Both the position numbers and the translations under genes were made by a program. From Gemmatimonadota bacterium (GTDB lineage Bacteria > Gemmatimonadota > Gemmatimonadetes > Gemmatimonadales > GWC2-71-9), in assembly GCA_036679605.1 (NCBI GenBank), contig JAZDCZ010000324.1, forward strand, positions 32,001 through 96,000: DNA of 64,000 nucleotides, given 5' to 3'. Under the pieces are notes generated by a model. It searched no databases, had not been told where the DNA came from, and saw only the letters and a program-made list of their open reading frames with translations. Of the stretch, positions 8,095 to 17,927 are shown one piece after another (position 1 is the first letter of the stretch; the number at the start of each line of letters is the position of its first letter).

Positions 8095-8255
8095 GACTGA
8101 ACAACGTCTTGTTTTTGTCTATGTTCCGTCTTTGCACAATCGCTCGAAGAATGATGATCGGTTTCGGCAGGCGCTGGCAACAGTACGATGCAAAGAGACT
8201 GTCGACAACCTCCGTAGGACGTGACGACGTGACTCCTAGGGTGGACGGGACCTAG

Positions 8256-9752
8256 ATGCCCTCGACAGACGACATTCACAAGGACGCCCGAGACTTGGTG
8301 CAGGGTGCGCTGCTTAGTCTCCTAGGCACCGCTGCCAAAGTAAGCAAGTTTCTGTTTATCCTGATCGCGGCGCGCGTGTACGGTCCGACCGCTCTCGGGA
8401 TTTATTTTTTGGCCTGGAATGTCGTCGACTTTGCTTCCAAGTTTGGACTGTGGGGCCTGGACCGCAGCCTCATTCGTGATATTGCCAGAACTCTGTTCGG
8501 GATCATTCGCTTCAACCTCAGCGTAGCCATCGGCCTGAGTCTACTCGCAACGGCCGTTCTGCTCTACGCCAGCCGGGCAATAGCGCAAGGTTTCTTCCAC
8601 GATCTGCAACTACTCGTCCCGCTCCGCCTGCTTGCAGTGGCGATCCCCTTTGTCGTTCTGACCCAAGCTCTAATCGCCACTACCAAGGCGCTTCGGTTCG
8701 TCCGCTACGAAGTAGCCATCCGCCAAGTCCTGGAGCCTCTCGTTCTCTTGCTTGCCATGGTCGCGTTGATCCCATTCTCGTGGGGGGCCCTCGGTCTGGT
8801 TGTGGCTCACGTCTTCGCGAGTATTGTCGGGACGGGAGCCGCGGTCTTCGTTGCTTTCCACAAGTTCCGGTTCGTCGGATGGCGACCGGCGCCGCTTCCG
8901 GGTGCGATCAAGCGGGACACGCTGCGCTTCATATCACCGATGGCAGTCATGGACGGCCTCAATCTCATGGCTGCCCGAGTCGATATCCTGCTTGTCGGTG
9001 CGCTGCTTAGCGTCACCGCCGCGGGCTCATATGGTATTGGTATCGAAATCATTTCGGTGATCAAGCGCGTTCGCCAGGGGTTCGAGCCGATCTTCTCGCC
9101 CATCGTTGCCGAACTCCATTACGGCGAGCAACAAGCTCGGCTGCGCCGAAATTATGTCATCGTCACCCGCTGGCTATTGGCAGGTACGCTTCCCACCGTC
9201 ATCGCCGTCGGACTGTTTCCGACGCAGCTGTTGGCACTATTCAACGAACAGGCGACAGCCGCGGCCGGAGCACTTCTCGTACTCGCTGTGGGCCACGGGC
9301 TGGTCGCGGTGTTCAACGCCTCGGAAACGCTACTAGTGATGTCTGGGAAATCGTGGCTCAATACGTTTCTGGCGGCTGCGACGCTGACACTGAGTGCAGC
9401 CGTCGCGATTATCCTGATCCCGGAACTAGGTATCGTCGGTGCTGCGCTGGGAACGCTCGTCGGCTATGCGTTTGTGAGCGGATCGCGTGTTCTCCAGGGA
9501 TACCGCCTTATGGGGCTACACCCGTTTGGCTACACCCTGTTGTGGCCTATCGTAGTTGCCGGGCTGACTGCGGTGGTCGTCTATGGCGTCGGTGCAGCGA
9601 TCACGGTCGATTCAGTCTACAAGCTGATCATCATGCTGGTGATCACCGCCGTCACGTACGGCGGACTCTTCTTCTGGGGCGCGCGGGAGCCTGAGGAGCG
9701 GCAATTGATCGGCAAGCTAGTGGCCAAGTTCAAACGCGCCCCGAAGCGGTAG
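8256..9752 (+). CDS. Wzx-like oligosaccharide flippase (MOP superfamily)
   Basis: About 14 TM segments; AR.YGP..LG.Y, DILLVG, LIPELGIVGAA motifs. Confidence 0.85.
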   Translation: MPSTDDIHKDARDLVQGALLSLLGTAAKVSKFLFILIAARVYGPTALGIYFLAWNVVDFASKFGLWGLDRSLIRDIARTLFGIIRFNLSVAIGLSLLATAVLLYASRAIAQGFFHDLQLLVPLRLLAVAIPFVVLTQALIATTKALRFVRYEVAIRQVLEPLVLLLAMVALIPFSWGALGLVVAHVFASIVGTGAAVFVAFHKFRFVGWRPAPLPGAIKRDTLRFISPMAVMDGLNLMAARVDILLVGALLSVTAAGSYGIGIEIISVIKRVRQGFEPIFSPIVAELHYGEQQARLRRNYVIVTRWLLAGTLPTVIAVGLFPTQLLALFNEQATAAAGALLVLAVGHGLVAVFNASETLLVMSGKSWLNTFLAAATLTLSAAVAIILIPELGIVGAALGTLVGYAFVSGSRVLQGYRLMGLHPFGYTLLWPIVVAGLTAVVVYGVGAAITVDSVYKLIIMLVITAVTYGGLFFWGAREPEERQLIGKLVAKFKRAPKR

Positions 9753-9825
9753 GGCCGCGGCAACGCTCCTTCATGCGTCACCGCGGCCCATCAGCAGGAT
9801 CACGCCAAATAACTAACCGGGCCGG

Positions 9826-12489
9826 TTAGAACGTAGCGGTCGCTCCTCCCAACATGCGACGGCCGACCAACGACCCGCCAAACAGATGGAACCGGTCTTG
9901 ATCGAACAGATTGGTCACCAGGACCGACAGCCGAAGGTTGGGATTCAGTTGGTAGCCGGCGGTGACGTCGAAAGTCTGGCTGGACGGAATGCGACCCTCG
10001 AAAACTCCGGCAGCCCAGTCGAAACTATCAACGAGGCGTGCCTTGACCGACGCGTCGAAACCCTGGAGTCCGTTGTAAGAGAGCGCGATGGATCCCTTGT
10101 GCTTCGGCGTATTCGGCACGATGTCGTCAGGCGATATCTGGTCGATGTCGAAATCGAAAAAAGTGTACGTACCGTCTATCCGAAACTCAGGTGAAGCAGC
10201 AACGCCTATCCCGACCTCTACGCCCTTTTCGGTCACCTCTCCAGCGTTGGCATATGAGATCACCAGGGCACGGTTGCCACCCGGCAACGTCGCCAGCAGT
10301 GGACCGGCGCCGGCAGCTAGCTGCTGGAAGCCTGGGCGCAACAACGTGTCTATTATCGCGCGCAGAGGATGTGCCGCAGGCAATCCAGCGCCTGCCAGCA
10401 CAGCGTCGATGTTAGTCAAGTCTCCAAGAACGTCTGTGCCGCCGTCTGACAGGCTGTAACCCGAGTACTTCGGATTCCCACCCGGCAGCAACACCGCCGG
10501 TAGCAGGTCGGTGACGAAGTCGGTGATTTTGCTGAGAAAGAAATCGACGCTCACATAAGCGCGGTCTGCTATCGTGCCCTTATAGCCCAATTCGAATGAG
10601 GTGACGTGCTCTACGTTGGTAGTCGGATTCCCCAGAGCGAACGCGCCGGTCGCCGCGTCGAAGTTCCAAGGGATGTCCGCTGGGAGTCCAAGACCGCCCA
10701 TCACCGCGGCGAGGCCCGGTCCGACGACCAATGGATTCTGCACTGTGGCATAGTAACCCTCGAGTCCGGCTTCCAAATCACCTGGGCTCGTGGTCCCGTT
10801 CCCCGGTATGTTGACCCGAAGGAAGAACTCGGAGTAGTTAGGGACCTGGAACGCGCGGTTCACCGTGAACCGGATGGCGTGGTCTTCATTCGGACTGAAA
10901 ACTATCGCTCCCTTTGGCGAGAACTGAGTGTTGAACAAGTCACCCTTGTCGACACGAGACGCCGCCACGATGCGCCATTGAGGCGTCAACTTGTACTCGA
11001 ACTGTCCGTAACCGGAGAAGTAGCCATCAGTACGGTTGTCGTCGGCCAACGACATGAGCGTGTTCTCGGTGTCGACGTGGTAACTACGTGCCGAGCCGCC
11101 TAGAACGATTCGCGCCCGGTCCTCGGCGAAGCTCCGGTTATACTGACCTTCGATATGGAGAATTCTCGAACTTTCCTCCAGCGGCACTCCACTGGCCAAT
11201 GAAAACTGCGGGTCAAGCGACTTCCTGCCACTGTACCAGGCCATCAGGTTGTAGTTGGGATTGCCCCAGCTCACACGTGCCCACGGTCTCAAGGCCTTGG
11301 TTACCTGAACGCGCCCGATGCCTGTTACGAATACCTCGTTCTCGACCTGCGTGGCACCACCTTCGATGCTGAAGAGTGAGTTGTTGCCGTAGTAGTCGAA
11401 GCGGCCGGATCCGAAAATATTCCTCAAGTCGTCCCGGTCTCCGGTGGCCGAGGTACCGGGTGCGCCCGTCTGTCCGTCCAGCGGCCGCAATTCGAATCCG
11501 GGTGTCGGGGCCGTGATCACCTCGTCGGTGACGCCGGCGTACTCGCTTGCCAGATCTGTTGCACCAGTGCGCGACCGGGTCCAAGTACCGCTGGTGTAGA
11601 AACCGGCGTTGAACTTGTAGCCGAACTTGCCGTCTGGAGTGACACCGGCATGCCGGATGTCTGTCTTGAACGTGCTCAATTCGCCGCCGCCCACGGAGAT
11701 CTTGGTTCCGATCACTTCGCGGGCGGTTGGCGTAGTGATATTGATGACTCCGCTAAAGGCATTGGCTCCGTAAAGCGCGGAGCCAGGGCCCCGTACCATC
11801 TCCATCGTACCGATGTCTTCCAGCGGCATGGACAGGCTGTTCCACTCCTGCGAGCCGAGGAAAGCGATCGCCAAGTCGCGGCCGTCCTGGAGCACAAGCA
11901 CTCGGCGGTTGAGCGAAGAGTTGAATCCTCGAGCATTGACGTTGAAGTCGTTGACACCGCTCTGTACCACGTCGGTACCAGGCAAGTGGGCGAGCGCCAG
12001 CGGCACCTGGCTGGTTACTGAGATATCACGAAGTGTGGCGGCACTTACCACGCTGACTGCCGCCGGTGCCTCTACCACCCGTTCCGGCGCACGCGACACG
12101 CCGGTCACGACTACCTCGCCAAGAGAGATCGCCTGAGCCACCAGAGCTGCGTCGGCTGTGGCACTCCCACCAGCGGTTACGGTGACAGCCACCTCAGCAG
12201 GTTGGTAGCCGATCCACCTAACCAAAATGACCTGCGGCCCGACTGGAACGCGGGCGAATTCGTACTGCCCATTGCTGTTGGTCACCGTGCTGATGCGTGT
12301 GCCACGGATGGTCACTGTCACGCCGGCGAGCGGCGCTCCGTTATCGGCCCGGGTCAAGGTTCCTCGGACGGCTGCAGTTCCTTGGGCAGCCAGCGTTGAC
12401 GGAACTGCCCAGGACAGTAGTGCCACGAGCATGGCTAGAAACACGGGCCAGCGGCATTGGGCTCGCGGGACGCTCTTGAACATGTGCAC
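9826..12489 (-). CDS. TonB-dependent receptor with N-terminal carboxypeptidase-regulatory-like domain
   Basis: Signal peptide; EVVVTG TonB box; plug motif EMVRGPGSALYGANAFSGVINI; NLFD near the end; terminal Phe. Confidence 0.93.
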   Translation of the reverse strand: MHMFKSVPRAQCRWPVFLAMLVALLSWAVPSTLAAQGTAAVRGTLTRADNGAPLAGVTVTIRGTRISTVTNSNGQYEFARVPVGPQVILVRWIGYQPAEVAVTVTAGGSATADAALVAQAISLGEVVVTGVSRAPERVVEAPAAVSVVSAATLRDISVTSQVPLALAHLPGTDVVQSGVNDFNVNARGFNSSLNRRVLVLQDGRDLAIAFLGSQEWNSLSMPLEDIGTMEMVRGPGSALYGANAFSGVINITTPTAREVIGTKISVGGGELSTFKTDIRHAGVTPDGKFGYKFNAGFYTSGTWTRSRTGATDLASEYAGVTDEVITAPTPGFELRPLDGQTGAPGTSATGDRDDLRNIFGSGRFDYYGNNSLFSIEGGATQVENEVFVTGIGRVQVTKALRPWARVSWGNPNYNLMAWYSGRKSLDPQFSLASGVPLEESSRILHIEGQYNRSFAEDRARIVLGGSARSYHVDTENTLMSLADDNRTDGYFSGYGQFEYKLTPQWRIVAASRVDKGDLFNTQFSPKGAIVFSPNEDHAIRFTVNRAFQVPNYSEFFLRVNIPGNGTTSPGDLEAGLEGYYATVQNPLVVGPGLAAVMGGLGLPADIPWNFDAATGAFALGNPTTNVEHVTSFELGYKGTIADRAYVSVDFFLSKITDFVTDLLPAVLLPGGNPKYSGYSLSDGGTDVLGDLTNIDAVLAGAGLPAAHPLRAIIDTLLRPGFQQLAAGAGPLLATLPGGNRALVISYANAGEVTEKGVEVGIGVAASPEFRIDGTYTFFDFDIDQISPDDIVPNTPKHKGSIALSYNGLQGFDASVKARLVDSFDWAAGVFEGRIPSSQTFDVTAGYQLNPNLRLSVLVTNLFDQDRFHLFGGSLVGRRMLGGATATF

Positions 12490-12716
12490 TCCTTGGTTCG
12501 ATCGAAGGACAACGGCTGCCGGGAGCGGTCTGGTCCCCCCGGGGGATCGGGAACAAGATGCAACCTATAGGGCGTTTGCGCGAGGTCTTTCGCAAGTCCC
12601 ACCTCTTGAGCTCCGCTCAGTGAACGCCCGCGCCGATCATTCCTACGGACACAGGACGTTAAGTTTCGATGAAATTTGTGTGAAGCGTCCCGCCAATCCG
12701 ACAGGGATGGTTTCCA

Positions 12717-12843
12717 ATGACAGCGTATTTGCTAGTAGATATCGAGATTACTGATCCAGAAGGCCTCTGCTGAGGCCAAAAAACTGAGACAGCAATGTGC
12801 GACGACCCGGATGGTTGCAGTCGAGGGGGTCTCTAGCTATTGA
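12717..12843 (+). pseudogene. Internally deleted DUF1330-family gene
   Basis: MTAYLLVDIEITDPEG (DUF1330 N-terminus) joined out of frame to EAKKLRQQCATTRMVAVEGV (DUF1330 C-terminus). Confidence 0.75.
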
Positions 12844-12877
12844 GTACTGGGAGGCACCACGCGCATCGAAGCTGATA

Positions 12878-13318
12878 TTAGGAAGCGACAGATTCCACCA
12901 CGATCTCTCTCGCGATATCAGGATCCAGCGCCAGCTCGGTTTCGTCTACTCGGATCACACACGACGGGAGTTGTTGCAGGACGGTGACAACTGTTCCCGG
13001 TACTAGTCCGAACGTTGCCAACGTGTTGTGACGTGATGACCGATCGGCACCGAGACAGAGAACCTTTGCCCTCGTGCCACTCTTCAGTAGCCGTAGAGTT
13101 TGGAACTCTTCAGAAACCTCCTGCGTCTGTCGTGGCTTCATACGCATCAACCGCTTGAACCACGATACTCCACGCGGTGTCTCAGGAAATTCGTACGCGC
13201 AGCTAGGGCAGCGGATCAAGCGGCACAACGGTCCTAAGGGACAACCGTGTGCACACAGGGTGTCTTCCTTCTCGAACTCGAATCCGCAAAACGGGCACGT
13301 TAGATATTGGCTATCCAT
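12878..13318 (-). CDS. feoA: FeoA with N-terminal Cys-rich domain
   Basis: C-terminal FeoA SH3-like (LATFGLVPGT...LALDPDIAREIVV); N-terminal CPFC..CAHGC..C..CPSC; overlaps the feoB stop. Confidence 0.85.
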   Translation of the reverse strand: MDSQYLTCPFCGFEFEKEDTLCAHGCPLGPLCRLIRCPSCAYEFPETPRGVSWFKRLMRMKPRQTQEVSEEFQTLRLLKSGTRAKVLCLGADRSSRHNTLATFGLVPGTVVTVLQQLPSCVIRVDETELALDPDIAREIVVESVAS

Positions 13319-15306
13319 CTTCCGATCCAATTCACCAGTCCACCGACGAAAAACGCAAAGGGGAAAATGAACCCTGCCATACGCCACGCCATTTTCTGGC
13401 CTTGTTCCTTGGAGATCATGAGAAAATTGGCGATGCAGGGCATGAACAAGGTGATCGTCACCATGGCAACCAACACCTGATGGCTGGTCAAGACAGCGTT
13501 AGGACCGATCGCAGCATCTAGGATGTATACGGCACCGAAATCACGCCGCATGAATCCAACAAGGAAGGCGTTTGCCATATCGCTTGGCAATCCGAGCCAC
13601 CCGACGACGAGTGGTTCTCCGAGTCGGCTGATCTTTCCTAGGATATGCAGCTTGTCGAGAATGAAGAGTAGTGCCGTCCCCAACACGAAAATTGGGATTA
13701 CTTCCTTGATGTACCAGTTCAAACGGCTCACGGTCTTGACGAGTACGTTCGAGATTTGCGGTCGCCGCATGGGCGGGATCTCGAGAATGAACTCGCTGGT
13801 ATCACCTTTGAAGAGACGAGAGGTAAGCCATCCTACCGAGAACATGATGCCGACCACCAATCCTACCCACACGGCAGCGCCCACCGGCGACAGCATCGAC
13901 ATCATTGCCAACAAGACTCCCAGTTGAGCGGAGCACGGGACGGCGAGTGCCAGTAACATTGTCGTGACGACACGTTCCCTGCGCGTCTCGAGGATCCGGG
14001 TGGTCATGGTGGCCATGGTGTCGCAGCCGAGCCCCAAGATCATCGGCAGCACCGCCTTGCCGTTGAGCCCCATCGGCCGGAAAATCCGATTGACCATGAT
14101 GGCCATGCGCGAGAAATATCCCGAGTCTTCCAGAACACTGAAGACGAGGAAGAAAGTGGTGACGATCGGCAGGACGATGGCGAACGCGTAACTGAGCGCC
14201 ATGGTGATAGCACCGTATTCACCGACAAAGAAGTCGTGCACGAATTGCAACGTACGTTGCAGCCAACTCAGGTTCGTGTTGGGCTCGATCGTGTACCCTG
14301 GAACAACAACGTCCTTAATGACCGAACCAATCGCAATCTCGTCCACCGGCGTGATCGGAACGGAGAGCGAGTAGGTCACAACCTCAGTGTCGTGGATATG
14401 CGGAAACGGCAGAGTCGCATCGACTGCGCCGATGACCAGCGGACCTATTCGTTGTTTGAAGACGGCCGTTTCCGCCATGTCCACCAGCGTACCCGCACCG
14501 AACAACCCAACGAACCAGAATACCGCCAACAGTACGACGCCCAAGAACGCGAGCCCTTTGACGGGGTGCATGGCCCAGAAGCCGAGCCGCACTTGTAGGG
14601 ACGCACGGTCAGGCTGGCTGATGGTGTAGGTCTGGGAAACGATCTCCTTCACTCGCGCGAGGCGTTCCCGGTTGGACTCGTAGTTATGATTCTGCTGTTC
14701 CTTGGCGGCTCCGTTCACGGTAGGCGGACGGGCGGCGGGCAATGCCCGAATAAGTTCCTCGGTTCCCTGGTTACGGACCGCAACCGTGCCGACGACTGGT
14801 ACGCCCAGCAGTGCGCTCAGCCGTTCGAGGTCGATGCTGCCACCCCGTTTCTCTAGCTCGTCCAGCATATTGAGCACTAAGATCATGGGACGGTGCAGCG
14901 TGGCCAGTTGCAAGGTGAGCAGGAGTGCGCGCCGCAGGTTCTTTGCGTCCGCTACCTGAACCACAACTGCGTCCTGATACTGATCGAGCACTTTGGCGGT
15001 GACTCGAGCGTCTTCGCTGCGAGGAGCCAGGTCGTTGACTCCGGGAGTGTCGATTACCTCTACGCTATCTGAACCAATATTCGTCCGTGCCCTAACGATC
15101 TCTACTGTGGTCCCGGGGAAGTTCGATACAGTGACGTATCGATTTGTGAGGTTCTTGAAAAGGACGCTCTTCCCGACGTTGGGATTGCCCACGAGCAACA
15201 TCGTCTTCGATAGCGCGGCCGTGTTGTTCTCAGTCGCAACACCACCATGGCACCCGCACGCGGCTGGGCCGGTCCTCTTCTTCCGAAGTACAAGCGATCG
15301 CAACAT
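13300..15306 (-). CDS. feoB: Ferrous iron transporter FeoB
   Basis: G1 GNPNVGKS, NFPGTTVE, DTPG, NMLD; LEDSGY, LGLGC, PCSAQ. Confidence 0.95.
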   Translation of the reverse strand: MLRSLVLRKKRTGPAACGCHGGVATENNTAALSKTMLLVGNPNVGKSVLFKNLTNRYVTVSNFPGTTVEIVRARTNIGSDSVEVIDTPGVNDLAPRSEDARVTAKVLDQYQDAVVVQVADAKNLRRALLLTLQLATLHRPMILVLNMLDELEKRGGSIDLERLSALLGVPVVGTVAVRNQGTEELIRALPAARPPTVNGAAKEQQNHNYESNRERLARVKEIVSQTYTISQPDRASLQVRLGFWAMHPVKGLAFLGVVLLAVFWFVGLFGAGTLVDMAETAVFKQRIGPLVIGAVDATLPFPHIHDTEVVTYSLSVPITPVDEIAIGSVIKDVVVPGYTIEPNTNLSWLQRTLQFVHDFFVGEYGAITMALSYAFAIVLPIVTTFFLVFSVLEDSGYFSRMAIMVNRIFRPMGLNGKAVLPMILGLGCDTMATMTTRILETRRERVVTTMLLALAVPCSAQLGVLLAMMSMLSPVGAAVWVGLVVGIMFSVGWLTSRLFKGDTSEFILEIPPMRRPQISNVLVKTVSRLNWYIKEVIPIFVLGTALLFILDKLHILGKISRLGEPLVVGWLGLPSDMANAFLVGFMRRDFGAVYILDAAIGPNAVLTSHQVLVAMVTITLFMPCIANFLMISKEQGQKMAWRMAGFIFPFAFFVGGLVNWIGRWIANI

Positions 15307-15418
15307 GTACGTAAGGTGTACTCCACCGGTGCTGCCGGTGGTGAAGGCGGTATGAAGAAATCATGAAGCCCGAAGGTCTAGCTGTTCCTGGGCGCGGAGG
15401 GTATCGTTTAGGTAGATA

Positions 15419-15871
15419 TTGCTCGAGGGCCAAAACGTGTCGGATCAGGATGGGACGGGCGTCGCCGAGAGACTGGCGGCGTACTTAGACTCAAGCAGCG
15501 GCAGACCGTTACACCGGCAGATCGTCGATCGGTTGTGGTTGGAGGTAGTGACGGGAACACTGGAAACCGGTGAGAGGCTACCCACGATTCGGCAGCTCGC
15601 CGTGGACTTGAATCTCAGCCCCAATACGGTCGCCCAAGCCTTCAAGGAGCTGGAATCTCTCGGCGTTGTGGTTACGCGTCAGGGAACCGGAACTTTTGTC
15701 GGGTTGCGCGATCCGGATCGATCGGAACTAGAGCGCCGCGCCCAACTCGAACGCCTATGCGATGACGTCGTGTCGCAGAGCAGCGCATTGGGAATACCGT
15801 TGGGTGATGTAGTAGATGCGCTCGAAGATATGCACTCGCCTGGCCACGATGGAAACTCCAGTGGGAGATAA
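15419..15871 (+). CDS. GntR-family regulator (YtrA-like)
   Basis: PLHRQI...GERLPTIRQLAVDLNLSPNTVAQAFKELE...GTGTFV with a short C-terminus. Confidence 0.9.
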   Translation: MLEGQNVSDQDGTGVAERLAAYLDSSSGRPLHRQIVDRLWLEVVTGTLETGERLPTIRQLAVDLNLSPNTVAQAFKELESLGVVVTRQGTGTFVGLRDPDRSELERRAQLERLCDDVVSQSSALGIPLGDVVDALEDMHSPGHDGNSSGR

Positions 15872-15873
15872 CT

Positions 15874-16866
15874 ATGACCCTCGTTCCAGTGTCCACCGGA
15901 ATACGTGCGGCAAAGAAGAGATCTCAGCAAGTGGCCATGACTAGGCAATCTCCCAACGATACTCGTTATCCGTTCCCTGCGATCGTATCGGGCGTGATCG
16001 CTGGCGCGGGTCTGGCCGGCGTCCTGTCGCTGTTTCCCTTCGGGGGTGAGTTGTGGAATGGAGTTCTGTTGCCTGCGATATCTGTGTTGGGTGGCGTCTT
16101 GACCGGCACGTCGATGAAGTTTGCGGATCAATGGGAAAAGGCAGTGGTGTTGCGGCTGGGAAAATACCGCGGGTTGCGAGGCCCCGGGGTTTTCTTTGTG
16201 ATCCCGGTGGTGGACCGGATACCCTACCACATCGATCAGCGGATCCGCACTACCGATTTCGGAGCAGAGTCGTGCCTGACTAAGGACACGGTGCCTGTCG
16301 ATGTCGATGCTATCGCGTTCTGGATCGTCTACGATGCCGAACGTGCCGCACTGGAGGTTCAGCAATACGAACAGGCCGTGATCCTCGCTGCGCAGACCGC
16401 GTTGCGGGATGCCATTGGCAAACACGATCTGGCCGAGTTGATACAGTCCCGCAAGGAACTGGGACACGGGCTCCAGCGAATCCTGGACGAGAAGATGCAC
16501 GACTGGGGAATTCAGGTGCAGTCGGTCGAGATCCGCGACGTGATTATTCCCAAGGCCCTGGAGGAAGCGATGTCGCGTCAGGCGCAGGCCGAAAGAGAGC
16601 GTCAAGCACGCATCATCCTAGGAACCGCTGAAACGCAGATCGCATCGAAGTTCGTGGAAGCGTCCAAGAGTTACGCCGACAATCCGGTAGCGCTCAACCT
16701 GCGCGCTATGAACATGTTGTACGAGAGCATAGTCAAGCGCGGATCGCTCATGGTCGTACCTTCCGGCCTGGCGGACTCGCTAAATCTCCCGGGCATATTG
16801 GGACTGGCCGGCGCGAAAGGTCTGGCGAATCCCACCGATGAGAAGGAGGATGAGGCCGAGGGTTGA
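15874..16866 (+). CDS. SPFH/stomatin (slipin) family protein
   Basis: WEKAVVLRLG, LTKDTVPVDVDA, AQTALRDAIG, AMSRQAQAERERQA. Confidence 0.92.
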   Translation: MTLVPVSTGIRAAKKRSQQVAMTRQSPNDTRYPFPAIVSGVIAGAGLAGVLSLFPFGGELWNGVLLPAISVLGGVLTGTSMKFADQWEKAVVLRLGKYRGLRGPGVFFVIPVVDRIPYHIDQRIRTTDFGAESCLTKDTVPVDVDAIAFWIVYDAERAALEVQQYEQAVILAAQTALRDAIGKHDLAELIQSRKELGHGLQRILDEKMHDWGIQVQSVEIRDVIIPKALEEAMSRQAQAERERQARIILGTAETQIASKFVEASKSYADNPVALNLRAMNMLYESIVKRGSLMVVPSGLADSLNLPGILGLAGAKGLANPTDEKEDEAEG

Positions 16867-16875
16867 TCGGAGCGA

Positions 16876-17379
16876 TCAGCCCCCGTAAAAAATCTTCTCG
16901 CCCAAGTCCTTGAGCCACAAAGTGACATCGTCGGGGCGGCCTTCGATTTCTCCTGGAACCGATGCCTCCACCACCTCACCCACAACGATCGAGTGATCGC
17001 CTTTTTCGATGAACTCTACGACAGAACACTCTATTGATGCCGGAGCGCTTGCGAGAATAGGTACCCCGGTAGCGCCGGTGCCAAACGTGTGACCACCGAT
17101 CTTGTCACCGTCACGACTTGCTGGTTTGAAAAAGTCGTATGCGATGCCACCCTGATCCTTGCCCAAGACACTCAGTGCAAAGCTACCGGTATCCTTGATA
17201 ATTCCATGAACGCCCGAATCGGCCTTCACGCCCACGACCAATAGAGGTGGTGCGAATGACGCCTGTGTTACCCAGTTAACGGTTGCCGCTCCGACTCGGC
17301 CATCCTCGGCCTCGGCGGTCAATACGTACAGGCCGTACGGGATCATTCGCAAGGCAGTCTTCTTGGCGTCGGTATCCAT
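16876..17379 (-). CDS. Flavin reductase-like protein
   Basis: IPYGLYVLT, WVTQASFAPP, GDHSIVVGEV. Confidence 0.9.
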   Translation of the reverse strand: MDTDAKKTALRMIPYGLYVLTAEAEDGRVGAATVNWVTQASFAPPLLVVGVKADSGVHGIIKDTGSFALSVLGKDQGGIAYDFFKPASRDGDKIGGHTFGTGATGVPILASAPASIECSVVEFIEKGDHSIVVGEVVEASVPGEIEGRPDDVTLWLKDLGEKIFYGG

Positions 17380-17418
17380 GTAATCCTCTTCGTTAGTTGT
17401 GTGTTCAAAGAAAGCCCG

Positions 17419-17874
17419 TTATGGGTATTCCGGTCCCAGCGGCCATACTCGCAGCGGAATTTGCCGCTGCGTACATGCGTTCTCGAGAACGGAGTAATAG
17501 GGTGCCCAGCCATCCGTCTCCCGAGGCCTGGCGTAAAAAAGAATCGATGTCGCACCTCGCGTAACGAACCGTTCCGCTACTCTTGCAACAAGAGTGGCAA
17601 TGCCATCGGCGACTAGCAAGTGATCGTAGTGGGGAATCCGGTCGTCGGCGTCGAGTAGTCCGTACTTTCCGGAGAGAATCGCGAACGGCAGATCCAATCG
17701 CTTGCTCTCGGCAAAGACGTATTGAATCCGCTTACTGATGTATCTGTGAATGGCCGGTAGCGGATCCGGATCCCTACGCTTTCGCTTGCAGCAAATTGTG
17801 CAGAGATATTGCACGGCGATTCCCAGGTCTCCAAGGTGCTCGGCCATAGGCCGAGTTGTCTCGCTCGGCACCAA
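17419..17874 (-). CDS. DUF6884-like hypothetical protein
   Basis: C.KRK...A..RY...ILSGKYGLL....I..YD..L pattern. Confidence 0.6.
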   Translation of the reverse strand: MVPSETTRPMAEHLGDLGIAVQYLCTICCKRKRRDPDPLPAIHRYISKRIQYVFAESKRLDLPFAILSGKYGLLDADDRIPHYDHLLVADGIATLVARVAERFVTRGATSILFYARPRETDGWAPYYSVLENACTQRQIPLRVWPLGPEYP

Positions 17875-17927
17875 CGTCAGTCTGACCTCGTGCGTAATCC
17901 TACATAGTCAACAGGTTTACTTGAAGG

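Noticed and set aside
8174..8192. TGGCA...TGC sigma54-like promoter
   Set aside because: GG-to-GC spacing is 12 nt, not the required 10.
12490..12716. Possible cobalamin riboswitch upstream of the TonB receptor
   Set aside because: No recognisable conserved B12-box or core elements by eye; an Rfam scan would be decisive.
15405..15422. DtxR/IdeR-like half site (TTTAGGTAG) near feoB
   Set aside because: Only a half match with no palindromic partner.
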